Shown: piece by piece, positions 13,048 through 25,007 of the stretch | Layout: each line of letters starts with the position of its first letter | Position numbering within the stretch: position 1 is the stretch's first letter | NCBI GenBank assembly: GCA_002269645.1 | Contig: NIVC01000847.1 | Location: forward strand, 1 to 64,000 | Reading direction: 5' to 3' | From: Macrostomum lignano | Taxonomy: Eukaryota | DNA length: 64,000 bases | Position numbers and translations under genes: made by a program | Notes under the pieces: model-generated | Told to the model about the DNA's origin: nothing | Seen by the model: only the letters and a program-made list of their open reading frames with translations | Database searches by the model: none

Positions 13048-14139
13048 ATGGAAGCCTTCTTGGTTAGCGCTATCAAAGAAGAAGTGCACTCACCGCTGTC
13101 GTCCGGCGCGACCAGTCCGCACAGCCGAGGCGGGCTGGGGAGCACGGGAGAGCGTCCGGCCATCCTGAGTGGTCTACGGCACCTGGAAGGCGAAGAGAGA
13201 CACGAACAGCTTGAGCAAAATGCGAAGGAGCGAGTGCTGGGACAGCTGGGCACCCGCCTTCATGGAGAGGGTCCCTTGCACTACACCCTGCTACCCGCTG
13301 CCCAGCAAGCTATCGATGAGAGACACTCCTTAAGAGCTGCCCACGCTCGAGCGGCAACATTGATGGGCACGGAGCTGGCCTACTCCTGGGCCGACGTCGA
13401 CAACAGCCTATGGCGCGTGATCATCGGCGAGGCCTACGACGCGCTGAGCCGACACTTCCGCGAGGTTGAAAGTGCGGGCCCATGGCCGACAGCGACGAGG
13501 TGGCCAAATCTAATCCAGCGGCTGGCCCCGCTACAGCTGAACAACCCGGGGCGGGCGGTCATGTACCTGGCCCAGCTGCTCGCCTTCCCCTATCCGGCGG
13601 CGGTCGATCGTGGCCTGACTCCGGCTGCAGCGGCGAACATCATCTCCATGTTGAGCCGGCACGAAGTCCATCTGACGGCTCTACAGATGGTCATGTACGC
13701 CCGACTAGTGCTAGGCTTACGCGGCGCCGATACTATCGTCTTCCATGATGGTCTGTTTGCGCTGGCTACCGACCTCACGCCAGCGCTGCTCATCTACGCG
13801 CCTCACCAAGCGGGCGAATGGGCCGCACAGCTGGCACTGCAAGACTGTCTGGACTCGACGGTGCTGATACTGGCAGTCGGCGAGGCCCCCGAGAACTGGG
13901 GCGGCCTGCCGCTCCTGCAGCCCTGCCCCCAGCGCCTGCGCGAGCGTCTGATTGTGGTCCCGGCTAACGAGCGGTTTTGGCTGCTTTCGCCCGAGCAGCT
14001 CGAGCGAAACCAGCTTTACAATGAGTTGGTGCGCGGGCCGGGTACCCCGTTTGAGGCTCGCTTACGACCTGCTCAACGACGTTTTCCACCGCGGCGAGGA
14101 CCCCCCGCGTTCGGTCCTCAAGAGGTCTGCTGCTCTTGA
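13048..14139 (+). CDS. Extra ORF of the LTR element, 363 aa, unknown family
   Basis: Intact GC-rich ORF; GACATGG Kozak context; non-repetitive globular-looking sequence; no RT, integrase, signal peptide or TM segment recognised. Confidence 0.75.
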   Translation: MEAFLVSAIKEEVHSPLSSGATSPHSRGGLGSTGERPAILSGLRHLEGEERHEQLEQNAKERVLGQLGTRLHGEGPLHYTLLPAAQQAIDERHSLRAAHARAATLMGTELAYSWADVDNSLWRVIIGEAYDALSRHFREVESAGPWPTATRWPNLIQRLAPLQLNNPGRAVMYLAQLLAFPYPAAVDRGLTPAAAANIISMLSRHEVHLTALQMVMYARLVLGLRGADTIVFHDGLFALATDLTPALLIYAPHQAGEWAAQLALQDCLDSTVLILAVGEAPENWGGLPLLQPCPQRLRERLIVVPANERFWLLSPEQLERNQLYNELVRGPGTPFEARLRPAQRRFPPRRGPPAFGPQEVCCS

Positions 14140-16133
14140 AGCCGCCCAGAAGATTTGGGAGTTGAGCCTGGCGGTGAGGCATCAGCGAAGCCAGAATGCC
14201 AACCAAGAGTGAGAAGACCAAGGGAGGGACTGATGTAAACAATCTTTTAATTAGGGAAAATATTTTACGTAATCTTTCGATTAAGTCGTTCGGCTCAAGT
14301 GATTAGTTAACGAATAGTACCTATATTTACATGTTCAACTTTTAACCAAGTTATTGTCATGCCGGAGCAAATTTCGAACCCCCTATTTTTCTTTTTTTGT
14401 GCTGCTATGCCCCTTGTAAATATATCCCCTTATTGCGTGAACTATTGCTTGCTCATACTGTCTTTTGCACCCCCCGATTCCCCTGTAAATACCCCCCGGT
14501 GCTTTGAGAATGCGTTTTTTATATTTATACTCAATGTTGTGCCACTATTTATCTCCGCGTATTTCTCTCTCTGTTGTGTCATTGCTTATTTTGTCTTGCC
14601 TAATTTCTTCTTTGCTCATTTTTTTGCGTAAAAGGTTCATCAAATGGTGGCGGAAACAATATGTTGTGTGCGTGAATGTGACTGCTTGCTTATTGTGCTT
14701 AATTTGTCGTGAGTGCTTTTGAAATTAAATGTGAAATTGAACCTTGGTTTGAGTTAAGTTTGAAACTGAAATTTAGGACTTCTCGTGTTACTAAACTCAC
14801 TGAGCCAAGGCGAAGAAAGAGATCAACGATGAGCGAATTAGGTCATTAATATAGAAGAATACTAGGCATAATTAAACTAATAAAAGTCTTAAATAAGGTA
14901 CGAATGGTCCACCTGAATTAATACGAATTGCTAAACCAAATTAGGAGTGATAAATTTAAGCTGAATTTCGCGGCCGTGCGATACTACTGATATGTAGTAA
15001 TACTGAGTGTAAAACAAAATAGGATTGTGTGAATTAAATTTGAAAGTGAATGCCATTGAAGCGGAGTCTTGAAGACAAAAATCTTTGAAAGAACTTTTAA
15101 AATTTAACACTAGTGCTCAAAATTATTCTGCCTCTTATCTGAAACTCTATTAATAATACATCTTAAAGTACCTATCTGCACAGCACTGAATGGGCAAGTG
15201 AGTAGGAGGGAGTGTACCCTGAAGGCTGCTGAGACTGTGGGATGGGTCTGGGATTATCCGATTGAGTAACGTGTACAGTAGAGAATCACAGAGCTGAGAT
15301 GAGACTTACCAGTTGAAGATCGGAGGTCTGCAGTGGCTGGCCTGGCTTGGTGCAAAATCAGCAAAGGTGGTGGTGGCGAAGCGCTGGCTGGCAAATCGGA
15401 GGCTGACGCAGGATTTGAAGATGAAAATCATAATTTGTGGATGACCTGAGTGGTCAGTCGCTTTTATCTCCCTGCGAACTCGAGGTGGTTGAGATCATTC
15501 TCCCCCAGCAGCGTCTCAGCCAGTCAGCAAGGATGACTCGAGGGTCCCTTAATCCTCTGAGGGTCGCCATTCGTCGGCTGCCGCCAGATGAGCACGGCAA
15601 CCCCAGGCACGTGGACTCCACAGGCGGGAGGGGAGAATGTGCAACGCATTTCCCAAGCTCCTCGCCCATCCTGGCTCGGGTCGGCCGCGCGGCGAAGGAA
15701 ATAAGCCATCAAGAGGCTTAACAGGTAGAATCGAGACTGACTCGAACGCGAACAATGAAGCTTAGTCTCATCGAACATGCGCTGTTTATTCCATTTCGCA
15801 CATTTTGAATTTTGTCTTCTCGCGTGGCAATAATTTATCTGTCTATTATCCCCTTACGTGTATCTCGCACTTGATACTGTATTTGCAATGCAATATTTAG
15901 TTGAAGCACCTTTCTCTTGATCCCTTTCTTTCTTCAAATCCTTCCCTTTCCCCAATTTCTTTCTCTTTTGGGATTTCCATTCTTGGGATGCGTATTAGTC
16001 TAATATTTTTAGTACCTATTTGTGAGTAACTATTTTTATTTTTACTACTCTTTTCGATGCGCTAGCTGCGATTTTGTACAAAACTGCGCTCATTTTTCTT
16101 CTTTGTTTTTGAGTTAATCTGCGATCAACTCAC

Positions 16134-16144
16134 AAATAGGGGGG
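16134..16144 (+). other. Polypurine tract
   Basis: AAATAGGGGGG ending 4 nt before the 3' LTR. Confidence 0.75.
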
Positions 16145-16148
16145 CATA

Positions 16149-18133
16149 TGATGAGGACGCACTTTTTCCCAAATCCCGCGCTAGCACATGGGCTCTAAAC
16201 TTACTTGCCTACTAACAGTGGGCAATGGGCATTTTTATCCTTTTTCTGCGAATTTTCATAGAAACTATACTAGATATAATGTCTGGTCATACTAGTAGTC
16301 ATAATAACATAGGCGCAGCTTTTTGGGTCATAAATCATCGCTTTCAAAGTTGGTCTGACAGCCACCTGCGCCTCACTCAGTGTTGAAGCGGGCGCCAGAT
16401 GGTCTGAGAGGATGCGGGCGTAGCTTTTTTCTCATTATCTTGACAGGCCATCAAGATTTACGAGGTCAGAGCCTATTGTTCGGTTCACTCAAGCGTGTGA
16501 CAGCTTTGACAGCTATGCGTTTTACCCCTAAAAGTACCTTGGGATTAGCGATTAGCGATTTCTCTTCATTATCTTCACTTTCTATTTAATAAGAGCTTTC
16601 TAATGTATATTTTTTCATTAATTTCTGTCAATCCTACGCGAAAAGTCATAAATCATTTTGTTGCGATTTTGAGTGATTTATGGCCGCACCTGTCATCTTT
16701 TTACGACCCTGTGGGAACTGATAGGATCTCTCGGTCACGTGATTCTGGGTAGCAACAAGCTTAGCCAATCAGAAAATTCGGCGCTCATTTTAACAAAACG
16801 GCTCAGCCAATCAGAATCGACGTGTTCCATTATAACAAACTGCGGTCCAGTTGGCGGCTATTTAAACCGGAGTTTTTGGCCCGCTCGGACTCAACTTTGG
16901 CTCGGGCCCAGCGCGCAACTTCTGGTTCCCAGAGCACGACCGTCGTTTCTTGATCCCCGGATTGCGACTTCCCCCATCATCATCAAGGACGAGTCCCCCG
17001 GTCGACAGCAGCGAACATCAAGTTAAGAGCATCACCTGCTAGCTAACAGCGAAGAGTGTGACAGCATCATTCCGAGTCTACAGCTGCAGAGCATCGAGCC
17101 GATTCGGTCACTGTGGATTACCTGGTCTCCGGCTGTTGAGTTTCTGATTGGTTGGGTGAGAGGCTACCTAGACTTGCTTGATTGGGTGATCCCTTATCTG
17201 TCCCCTGTTGCAGTAGCTGAATTAGGCGCACACTTTTGCTCATTTTGTTCAGTAGTGCTGTTGCTGAGGCAGGAATCATTCAATAATACTGCTAGTAGTC
17301 TAAGACTCCAATTCAATCCGAGGTGTGAAGTGAACTAAGGAGAAGGTTAAATCTAACAGTTATTTTTGTCGGTTTTATTTCTTTGTTCGCCGATGGCTCA
17401 GATGAGTAGCTAGGCTAGTAGGCGCCGGTCACAGTGGACCAATGGCAAGGCAGTTCTCAGTCGACCAATCTATCAAATCAGTGAGCAAAACTGCCAGAAG
17501 TGCAGGATCGGCGCCAGAGATGTACTTTGTGCACTCTAGGGTAGCCAAGCGGCTCGGGTAAATGAATCATGCGGTCTCTGAAGTTCGAGTCAGTCTATCA
17601 TCAGCGCTATGAGAGGCTAGTTGGCGCGTTGAAGGCCAAAAGTACATATCTTCGTATTTAGCAATGTAATAGTACAGGTAGCTACCCCATAGACTCGCCA
17701 CCGCAAGAATCCCCTGCACAAGTCCCCTCTGTACCTGCATGGCCAACGCGATCTAGTCCCAGCAGTGTCCCTTAACATCGGCTATGACTTCGAGATTGAC
17801 AGCAAAAAGACACTAGTTGGCAGGTAAGTGCAAAGCCCCTTCTAGTCGGAAGCCCGATTTCGAGAGTCCCGGTGTGGTGAGCCAGGGCGTACGGGCTGGT
17901 GGCAGCAAGTTAGTTGATCTGCGGATTAGCTAATTTCTACTTTCAAAATTCTCCCTGCTCGTCTCTCGCTGTCCCTCTCTTAGCTATAGGACCTAGACTG
18001 CTCGCCACACGATCAAGCTACCATGGGGCTGACCATCTGACAGGAGTGGGGGGCCAGGTCTCTAATTGATTTATTTCTGAGCCTGAGGCCCGAAGGCTTC
18101 CCTAACAAGGAGTCCGAAGGTCGAAACCCATCA
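16149..18133 (+). repeat. 3' LTR (1985 bp)
   Basis: Matches 5206-7190. Confidence 0.96.
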
Positions 18134-19590
18134 TTTCATTTAATAATATACCCTTCAGTGCATCCTTCAGTTAAAAATGTGATAATGACGAATCCTATAT
18201 AATTTACTACTGTTATACATGTGCATGTACATGTATTCCCGTGTGTACTTTAATTTTACTCATTCTAGTCTATGCACTTGTAATATATGGGTTTGTTATA
18301 GAGTACTAGAGTTTGCGCCTCTATTTTGTATTTGAGGTTTACAAGTTAAAAGAAAAATAATTAAAGTAAGGTATGGTGTGATTGATTTCTAAAAATTTTT
18401 TGTTTGGAGTGTTTTGAACGTTGAATCAGAAAAATATTAAAATTGATGCTGCAAAAATTGGTGCGTCTATTTAATTGCTAAAACAGTTGGATTAACTTTC
18501 TTATGCGATATGTTGAGCATTGAGTTCGAAATAATAGCTAGTCATCAGATATCATTTATTCGAAAATTAGAAGACTGCTTGAACATAAGTCGGCAATATC
18601 ACAATCCTCAAATTACAAAAATCCGATAAAAAATAATTAAATCATTTACAACAAAATGCGCGATATATTTACTTTAATCAATAAATTTGTCCATACTCAA
18701 GTAGTTTTTTGTTGATTTTGTTTTTTTTTTTCTAAACAGTAGAAAATTTATTAGATAGTAAAGAAAGAAAAGTCTCTAGTATCAATCATGGGCATTTTGA
18801 TTTCAGTATTCTGATTTGATTAATTCGTTTATTCAGATACTTCGTAATGTTCCCAGGCCAGCTAGGCCCACCCATGTGTCAGTCAGTAGTCTGTACGCAC
18901 TATTAAAACACAACTATGCCTTTTTGCATTTATAGAATCTTTAGAATTGTATAAAATATCGAGACTATAAGAGAAATTTATTAAAATTAATTTTATGACT
19001 GAATAGAATATAGTGTACACTGCAGTAAATTATCGTCTATTTATGGTTTCGAACCTATAATCTTACATACAGATTCTTTCATAATAATATACTGATATAC
19101 TTAACATATGTTAGATTATATAGCCAACAACAGCAATAAATAAAGCCTGTGTATTAACCAAATGTGAAGAAAACATGAGAAGATCTTATTCATTCAAATA
19201 TTTTTATTTTTTAGCATAATTTTTTGTAGTTTAAATTGAAAAAATACTCCGCCTCTTAATTTCATTACTTTGCCAATGAAGAAATATCAACTAGAAGTTA
19301 TTAAATTTGCACTCAAATAGATTGATAAGTTATTGCCCTAGTGTAATACAGATAATAATAAATTACCAACTAAAACATCCTTTTCAGCCAAAAGCCTTAA
19401 TGATATGCGAAAACATACAATGCACTATGCACTATATTACTTTCATTGTAAAATATAAAATTTCTTTTTTTGAGATGGAATCATTATCAACTATTAGAAC
19501 AACTATTAACACCAAATTCTATTTTTTTATAATTTTTTTTAGTTATAAAAGATCAGTGTCCTATGTTTCGAAAATTCTCTTCATGCCGAA

Positions 19591-22500
19591 ATGCCCTCAA
19601 CAATAGAAGAGAAGTCGGAGCGGTCAACCACACTGGCACCGGCAGCCTCTGCGATCAGAGCCGAGGTGAACTCTCCGAGGAGGGAGGAGTTGGAAAGGAA
19701 ACTTGTTGGCGTCAGGCAGTGTGAGCTCAGGGGAACTCGTGGAAACTCAAGTGTAATACTTCAGATGGGGCCAAGATGGGATTGATGGATGGGGTTGCGA
19801 CAGGATGATGGGACTGTGAGATCAGGATGATGGGACTGTGAGATCAGGATGATGGGACTGTGAGATCAGGATGATGGGACTGTGAGATCAGGATGATGGG
19901 ACTGTGAGATCAGGATGATGGGACTGTGAGATCAGGATGATGGGACTGTGAGATCAGGATGATGGGACTGTGAGATCAGGATGATATGACTGTGAGATCA
20001 GGATGATATGACTGTGAGATCAGGATGATGGGATTGTGAGATCAGGATGATGGGACTGTGAGATCAGGATGATGGGATTGTGAGATCAGGATGATGGGAC
20101 CGTGAGATCAGGATGATATGACTGTGAGATCAGGATGATGGGATTGTGAGATCAGGATGATGGGATTGTGAGATCAGGATGATGGGATTGTGAGATCAGG
20201 ATGATGGGATTGTGAGATCAGGATGATGGGATTGTGAGATCAGGACGATGGGACTGTGAGATCAGGATGATGGGACTGTGAGATCAGGATGATGGGATTG
20301 TGAGATCAGGATGATGGGATTGTGAGATCAGGATGATATGACTGTGAGATCAGGATGATGGGATTGTGAGATCAGGATGATGGGACTGTGAGATCAGGAT
20401 GATGGGATTGTGAGATCAGGATGATGGGACCGTGAGATCAGGATGATATGACTGTGAGATCAGGATGATGGGATTGTGAGATCAGGATGATGGGATTGTG
20501 AGATCACGATGATGGGATTGGGAGAGCATACCAAACTGACTTACACCAAAAAAACCACCCAGACACGCCAAACACGGAGCTCAGCACGCCCAGGTGGAAC
20601 CCGGACATCAGCATCTACTGCCACGCTTGCAGAGAGCTGGTCAGCGTCAGGGAGATTGTGCAGCACAAGCGCTACCATAGGGAGATGCGGCACTTTGGCT
20701 TGGCTAGTGAGCTGCATTGCTAACTACTTTTATCAGTAGCAGACTGGGGACATGTGTCAATCAGATACGTAAACTCAACGGTTGCGTAACAATTGAGGTA
20801 TAAACTCCACAATCCAAAGTCAAGTCTAGAAACCTTAACTACACAAAAATTCACAACCCACAGTACAGCTTCACTCCATAAACCACACAAACCACACAAA
20901 CCTCACAAACCTCAACAAACCCCACAAGCCTCACAAACCTCACAAACCACACAAGCCTCATAAACCTCAGGAAGCCCCACAAATCCCACAAACCACACAA
21001 GCCTCACAAACCTCACAAGCCTCACAAACCACACAAACCACACAAACCACACAAACCACACAAACCCCACAAACCTCACAAACCTCACAAACCTCACAAA
21101 CCACACAAACCTCACAAACCACAAACCTCACAAACCTCACAAACCACAAACCTCACAAACCACAAACCTCATAAACCCACAAACCTCACAAACCACACAA
21201 ACTATACAAACCTCACAAACCACAAACCACACAAACCCCACAAACCTCACAAACCTCACAAACCTCACAAACCTCACAAACCACACAAACCCACAAACCC
21301 ACAAACCTCACAAACCTCACAAACCTCACAAACCACACAAACCTCACAAACCACAAACCTCACAAACCACAAACCACACAAACCTCACAAACCACAAACC
21401 TCACAAACCACACAAACCCCACAAACCTCACAAACCTCACAAACCACAAACCTCACAAACCACAAACCACACAAACCTCACAAACCACAAACCTCACAAA
21501 CCTCACAAACCATACAAACCAAACCCCCACCAACTCTGCAGACGTCGCCAACCTGACTCTGGAGCAGCTGACCGCAGCCAGACGTCGCAAAGTGCAGCAG
21601 CTGGAGGAGCGGCTGGGCGGCTGCTCGGCAGTCCGCGCCACCGACCTTGAGCGGGTGAACCAGCGCTACGCCTTCCTGCGGGCCCACCTGTTCGAGGAGA
21701 ACCGAGGCCGCCTGGTGCTGGCCTCCCGGCCTGCCGAGCAGATCCCGGCCAATGATGTGGAAAGTAAGACTTTTTTCTATCAAACAAAACTATTTTTTCG
21801 ATACATATCGGCTGTTAAGACGTTAAAACTGGAGGCTCAAATCACGTTTCTCCGACTCTCAAATCCCAATTTTTCCTGACTCTCAATTTCAAATTTCCCC
21901 CGACTCATAAATCCCAATTTTCCCCGACTCTCAAATCCCAATTTTCCCCGACTGTCAAATCCCCAATTTTCCCCGACTGTCAATCCCCAATTTTCCCCGA
22001 CTGTCAATCCCCAATTTTCCCCGACTGTCAAATCCCCAATTTTCCCCGACTCTCAAATCCCAATTTTCCCCGACTGTCAATCCCCAATTTTCCCCGACTC
22101 TCAAATCCCAATTTTCCCCGACTCTCAAATCCCAATTTTCCCCGACTGTCAATCCCCAATTTTCCCCGACTGTCAAATCCCAATTTTCCCCGACTCTCAA
22201 ATCCCAATTTTCCCCGACTGTCAATCCCCAATTTTCCCCGACTCTCAAATCCCAATTTTCCCCGACTGTCAAATCCCAATTTTCCCCGACTCTCAAATCC
22301 CAATTTTCCCCGACTCTCAAATCCCAATTTTCCCCGACTGTCAAATCCCAATTTTCCCCGACTCTCAAATCCCAATTTTCCCCGACTGTCAAATCCCAAT
22401 TTTCCCCGACTGTCAAATCCCAATTTTCCCCGACTGTCAAATCCCAATTTTCCCCGACTCTCAAATCCCAATTTTCCCCGACTGTCAAATCCCAATTTTC

Positions 22501-25007
22501 CCCGACTATCAAATCCCAATTTCCCCGACTGTCAATCCCCAATTTTCCCCGACTCTCAAATCCCAATATTCCCCGACTCTTAAGTCACCATTTTCCCAAC
22601 TCTCAAATCTCAATATTCCTAACTCTCAATTTCCAATATTCCCCGACTGCCAAATGCCAATTTCCTTAAGTCTGAAATCCCGCATCACTCACTCCGAACT
22701 GCTCAGGCCGCGGCCTGCGCTGCTCAGTGCCATTCGTCCTTGGCGCCGGCGCCGCCAGCTTCCACAATGCCCGATTCGGCAGGCGGCCTCGGGCCCGCGC
22801 CGCCTACCAGGACTGGCTGGGCGGCGACCCGGCCAAGTGCTTCGTCGGCCTCTACGCCGGTCGGTATGGCGACACGGCCGCCAAGCTGGCCTCCGAGGAG
22901 ATGCACCACTTCCTGCTGTGCGAGCTAGCCAGATTCGATCCCGGGACCCGCTGCACCTGCGCCTTTAACATGGCAGCCGCGCCGAATGACAAGCCGGAGG
23001 CCGCGCCGGAGATTCACCGGCCGTCGACCGGCGGCACCTCGGCCCGGCAGCGGGAGCGGCTGCACTGGACGAGCGCCAATTTGGTCCACAGCGTGCTGCG
23101 CACCTGCGCCGAGCGCTTGGACGAATTTGCGCTGGCCTACGCGCGGAGTCGAACTCCGGACTTGCGCTGGTACGATGACAACAACGAGAACGAGAACGAC
23201 GACAAAGGCGACGTCGTAGAAGACGACGACAGCAACGTCGACGGTTGGGCGGATAAAGTGGCGGCGGCGTTTGCCAAGGCGCTTGAGTACACGGACGGCC
23301 TGCTCAAGCGGGGCCAATCCGACTATGCGGCGGTGCGCTGGAGCGGCGCCTCCGTTGGCGCCGTCCTGGTCAGGGCCGCCGATGAACTGGAGGGTGGCGC
23401 CGGGGACGGCGAGGGAGCCGGTGAGGAAGTGGGGGTTTGAAATGTCTTGAACATGTTACACAGTGAATAACTCAGTTTTACAAGATAAGAGCCGTGTTAC
23501 ACTGGATAAGAGCCGTGTTACACCAGCTTAGAGGTGCGTTACACAAGATTAGAGCTGTGTTACACAAGATTAGAGCTGTGTTACACAAGATTAGAGCCGT
23601 GTTACACAAGATTAGAGCTGTGTTACACAAGATTAGAGCCGTGTTACACAAGATTAGAGGTGTGTTACACCAGCTTAGAGGTGTGTTACACAAGATTAGA
23701 GATGTGTTACACCAGCTTAGAGGTGCGTTACACAAGGTTAGATTTATTGATCGACATATTTGAGATTGGGGGGTTGCATACATCTACACAGTGTGTACAG
23801 AATGTAAGGCTGCTACACAATATTGGAGGTCGGATTTACTAGACAAATCATAAATTCGGTTTGAAATAGTCGAACCCACAAAACCTTCCAGGCCGGCGGC
23901 GACTCGGCTGGCTGCACGCAGCCGCCTGCGGCGATGTGCAGCTGATCCTGGTGCGCAACAACCAGCCACACGGCCTGTCCAGCCCGGCCCCGAATCGCGG
24001 CATCGGTTACCATGGCGACCCGGAGATGAAGCGGCGCCTCAGCTGCCGGCCGGATTGTCGGTGCGTCCCTATAGACTCGGAGTGCCAGGCGGTTGTCATG
24101 GCAACGGCCGGAGTGACCGGCGTGTTGAATCCAGCCGAGATCTGCCAACTGGTGGCCACGCACCTGCCGGTGAACCGGGTGCGAGTGGCCAGCAGCTTGG
24201 AGGACAGCGAGAGGCGGCGGCTGTTCGGCGAGACGGACACTCGGGTAGGCGGATGGAGATTTGGGGCGTCCTTCAGGATTCTGGGTGTCTGCGGGGGATC
24301 TGAGGCGTGTCCACGGGGATCGGGGTGTCTGCGGGGGATCTGAAGCGTGTCCACGAGGATCGGGGTGTCTGCAGGGGGATCTGAGGCGTGTCCACGGGGA
24401 TCGGGGTGTCTGCGGGGGATCTGAGGAGTGTCCGCCAGAATCGGGGTGTCTGCAGGGGGATCTGAGGCGTGTCCGCGAGGATCGGGGTGTCTGCGGGGGA
24501 TTTGGCCGCGTCTCGCGGGGATCGGATCTCCGTGTGGGCCAGAGTAATTAGGTTGGCCGGGCTGCGTTCTTGAACATAATCCTCCGTGATCGGGTAGAAG
24601 TATCTACATTCGAAACCCCTCACGCTCTCTTAAAATTCTTTCAGGCCTCTTCGTCCAGTCGTTCAGCAACGCCGTCGACAAGTTCGTCATTTGAAGCCGC
24701 CGCCGCCGATGCAGTCAGCGACGCAGACCGCCCCGGCTCGTCATCGCGTAGTTTCGACCACGACTTTGACGAAAGCCGGCGCAGCAGCGTTACGGCCACT
24801 ACAGAGTGGGATCTGGGGGGCGAAGGACGAACCGAGGCAGAGGGCGAGGGCGAAGTCGACGGCTTGGAAGTCAGCTTGGCCGAAGAGGTGGCCCGCCGCC
24901 TGGCTCAAGCGGCGGTGCTAGCGGGTAGTCAGGAGGATCTGGCCACCGCGGTGTTGCTGCTCCCGGCAGCATTCCAAACCGACTGGCGGCCGCCGCGTCC
25001 GCTCTGA
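19591..25007 (+). CDS. PP2D1: PP2D1-like (PP2C-like domain protein 1), about 641 aa; exons 19591-19720, 20563-20706, 21542-21763, 22707-23420, 23892-24244, 24645-25007
   Basis: N-terminal C-x2-C-x11-H-x3-H motif (CHACRELVSVREIVQHKRYH); FVGLYAGRYG; AFAKA...VRWSGAS; LHAAACGDVQLILVRN; RGIGYHGD; RLAQAAVLAGS, all matching recalled PP2D1 motifs; all splice phases consistent, total 1926 nt. Confidence 0.82.
19801..20520. repeat. 22-bp minisatellite CAGGATGATGGGACTGTGAGAT (PP2D1-like intron 1)
   Basis: Direct periodicity. Confidence 0.96.
20858..21516. repeat. 7-9 bp satellite AAACCTCAC/AAACCACAC/AAACCAC (PP2D1-like intron 2)
   Basis: Direct periodicity. Confidence 0.95.
21860..22600. repeat. 24-bp minisatellite AAATCCCAATTTTCCCCGACT(C/G)TC (PP2D1-like intron 3)
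   Basis: Direct periodicity. Confidence 0.96.
23479..23738. repeat. 21-bp minisatellite ACACAAGATTAGAGCTGTGTT (PP2D1-like intron 4)
   Basis: Direct periodicity. Confidence 0.94.
24283..24525. repeat. 40-bp G-rich minisatellite, about 6 copies (PP2D1-like intron 5)
   Basis: GGGGGATCTGAGGCGTGTCCACGGGGATCGGGGTGTCTGC repeats. Confidence 0.92.

Larger units (their letters stand above)
5206..18133 (+). mobile_element. Ty3/Gypsy-type LTR retrotransposon, non-autonomous (gag plus protease, no RT/RH/IN), 12,928 bp
   Basis: Two 1985-bp LTRs with TGATG...CATCA termini; 4-bp TSD TTTC (5202-5205 and 18134-18137); PBS; PPT; gag-like and aspartic protease ORFs. Confidence 0.93.

Noticed and set aside
15310-15780. 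GC-rich block with short ORFs on both strands in the 3' part of the LTR element
   Set aside because: No frame exceeds about 95 codons, no RT or integrase motif, and trial splicing did not give a consistent gene; kept only as a possible degenerate exon
21837-24623. Repetitive ORFs (VGENWD, LHKIRAV, ADTPIP types) in the PP2D1-like locus
   Set aside because: Intronic minisatellite translations
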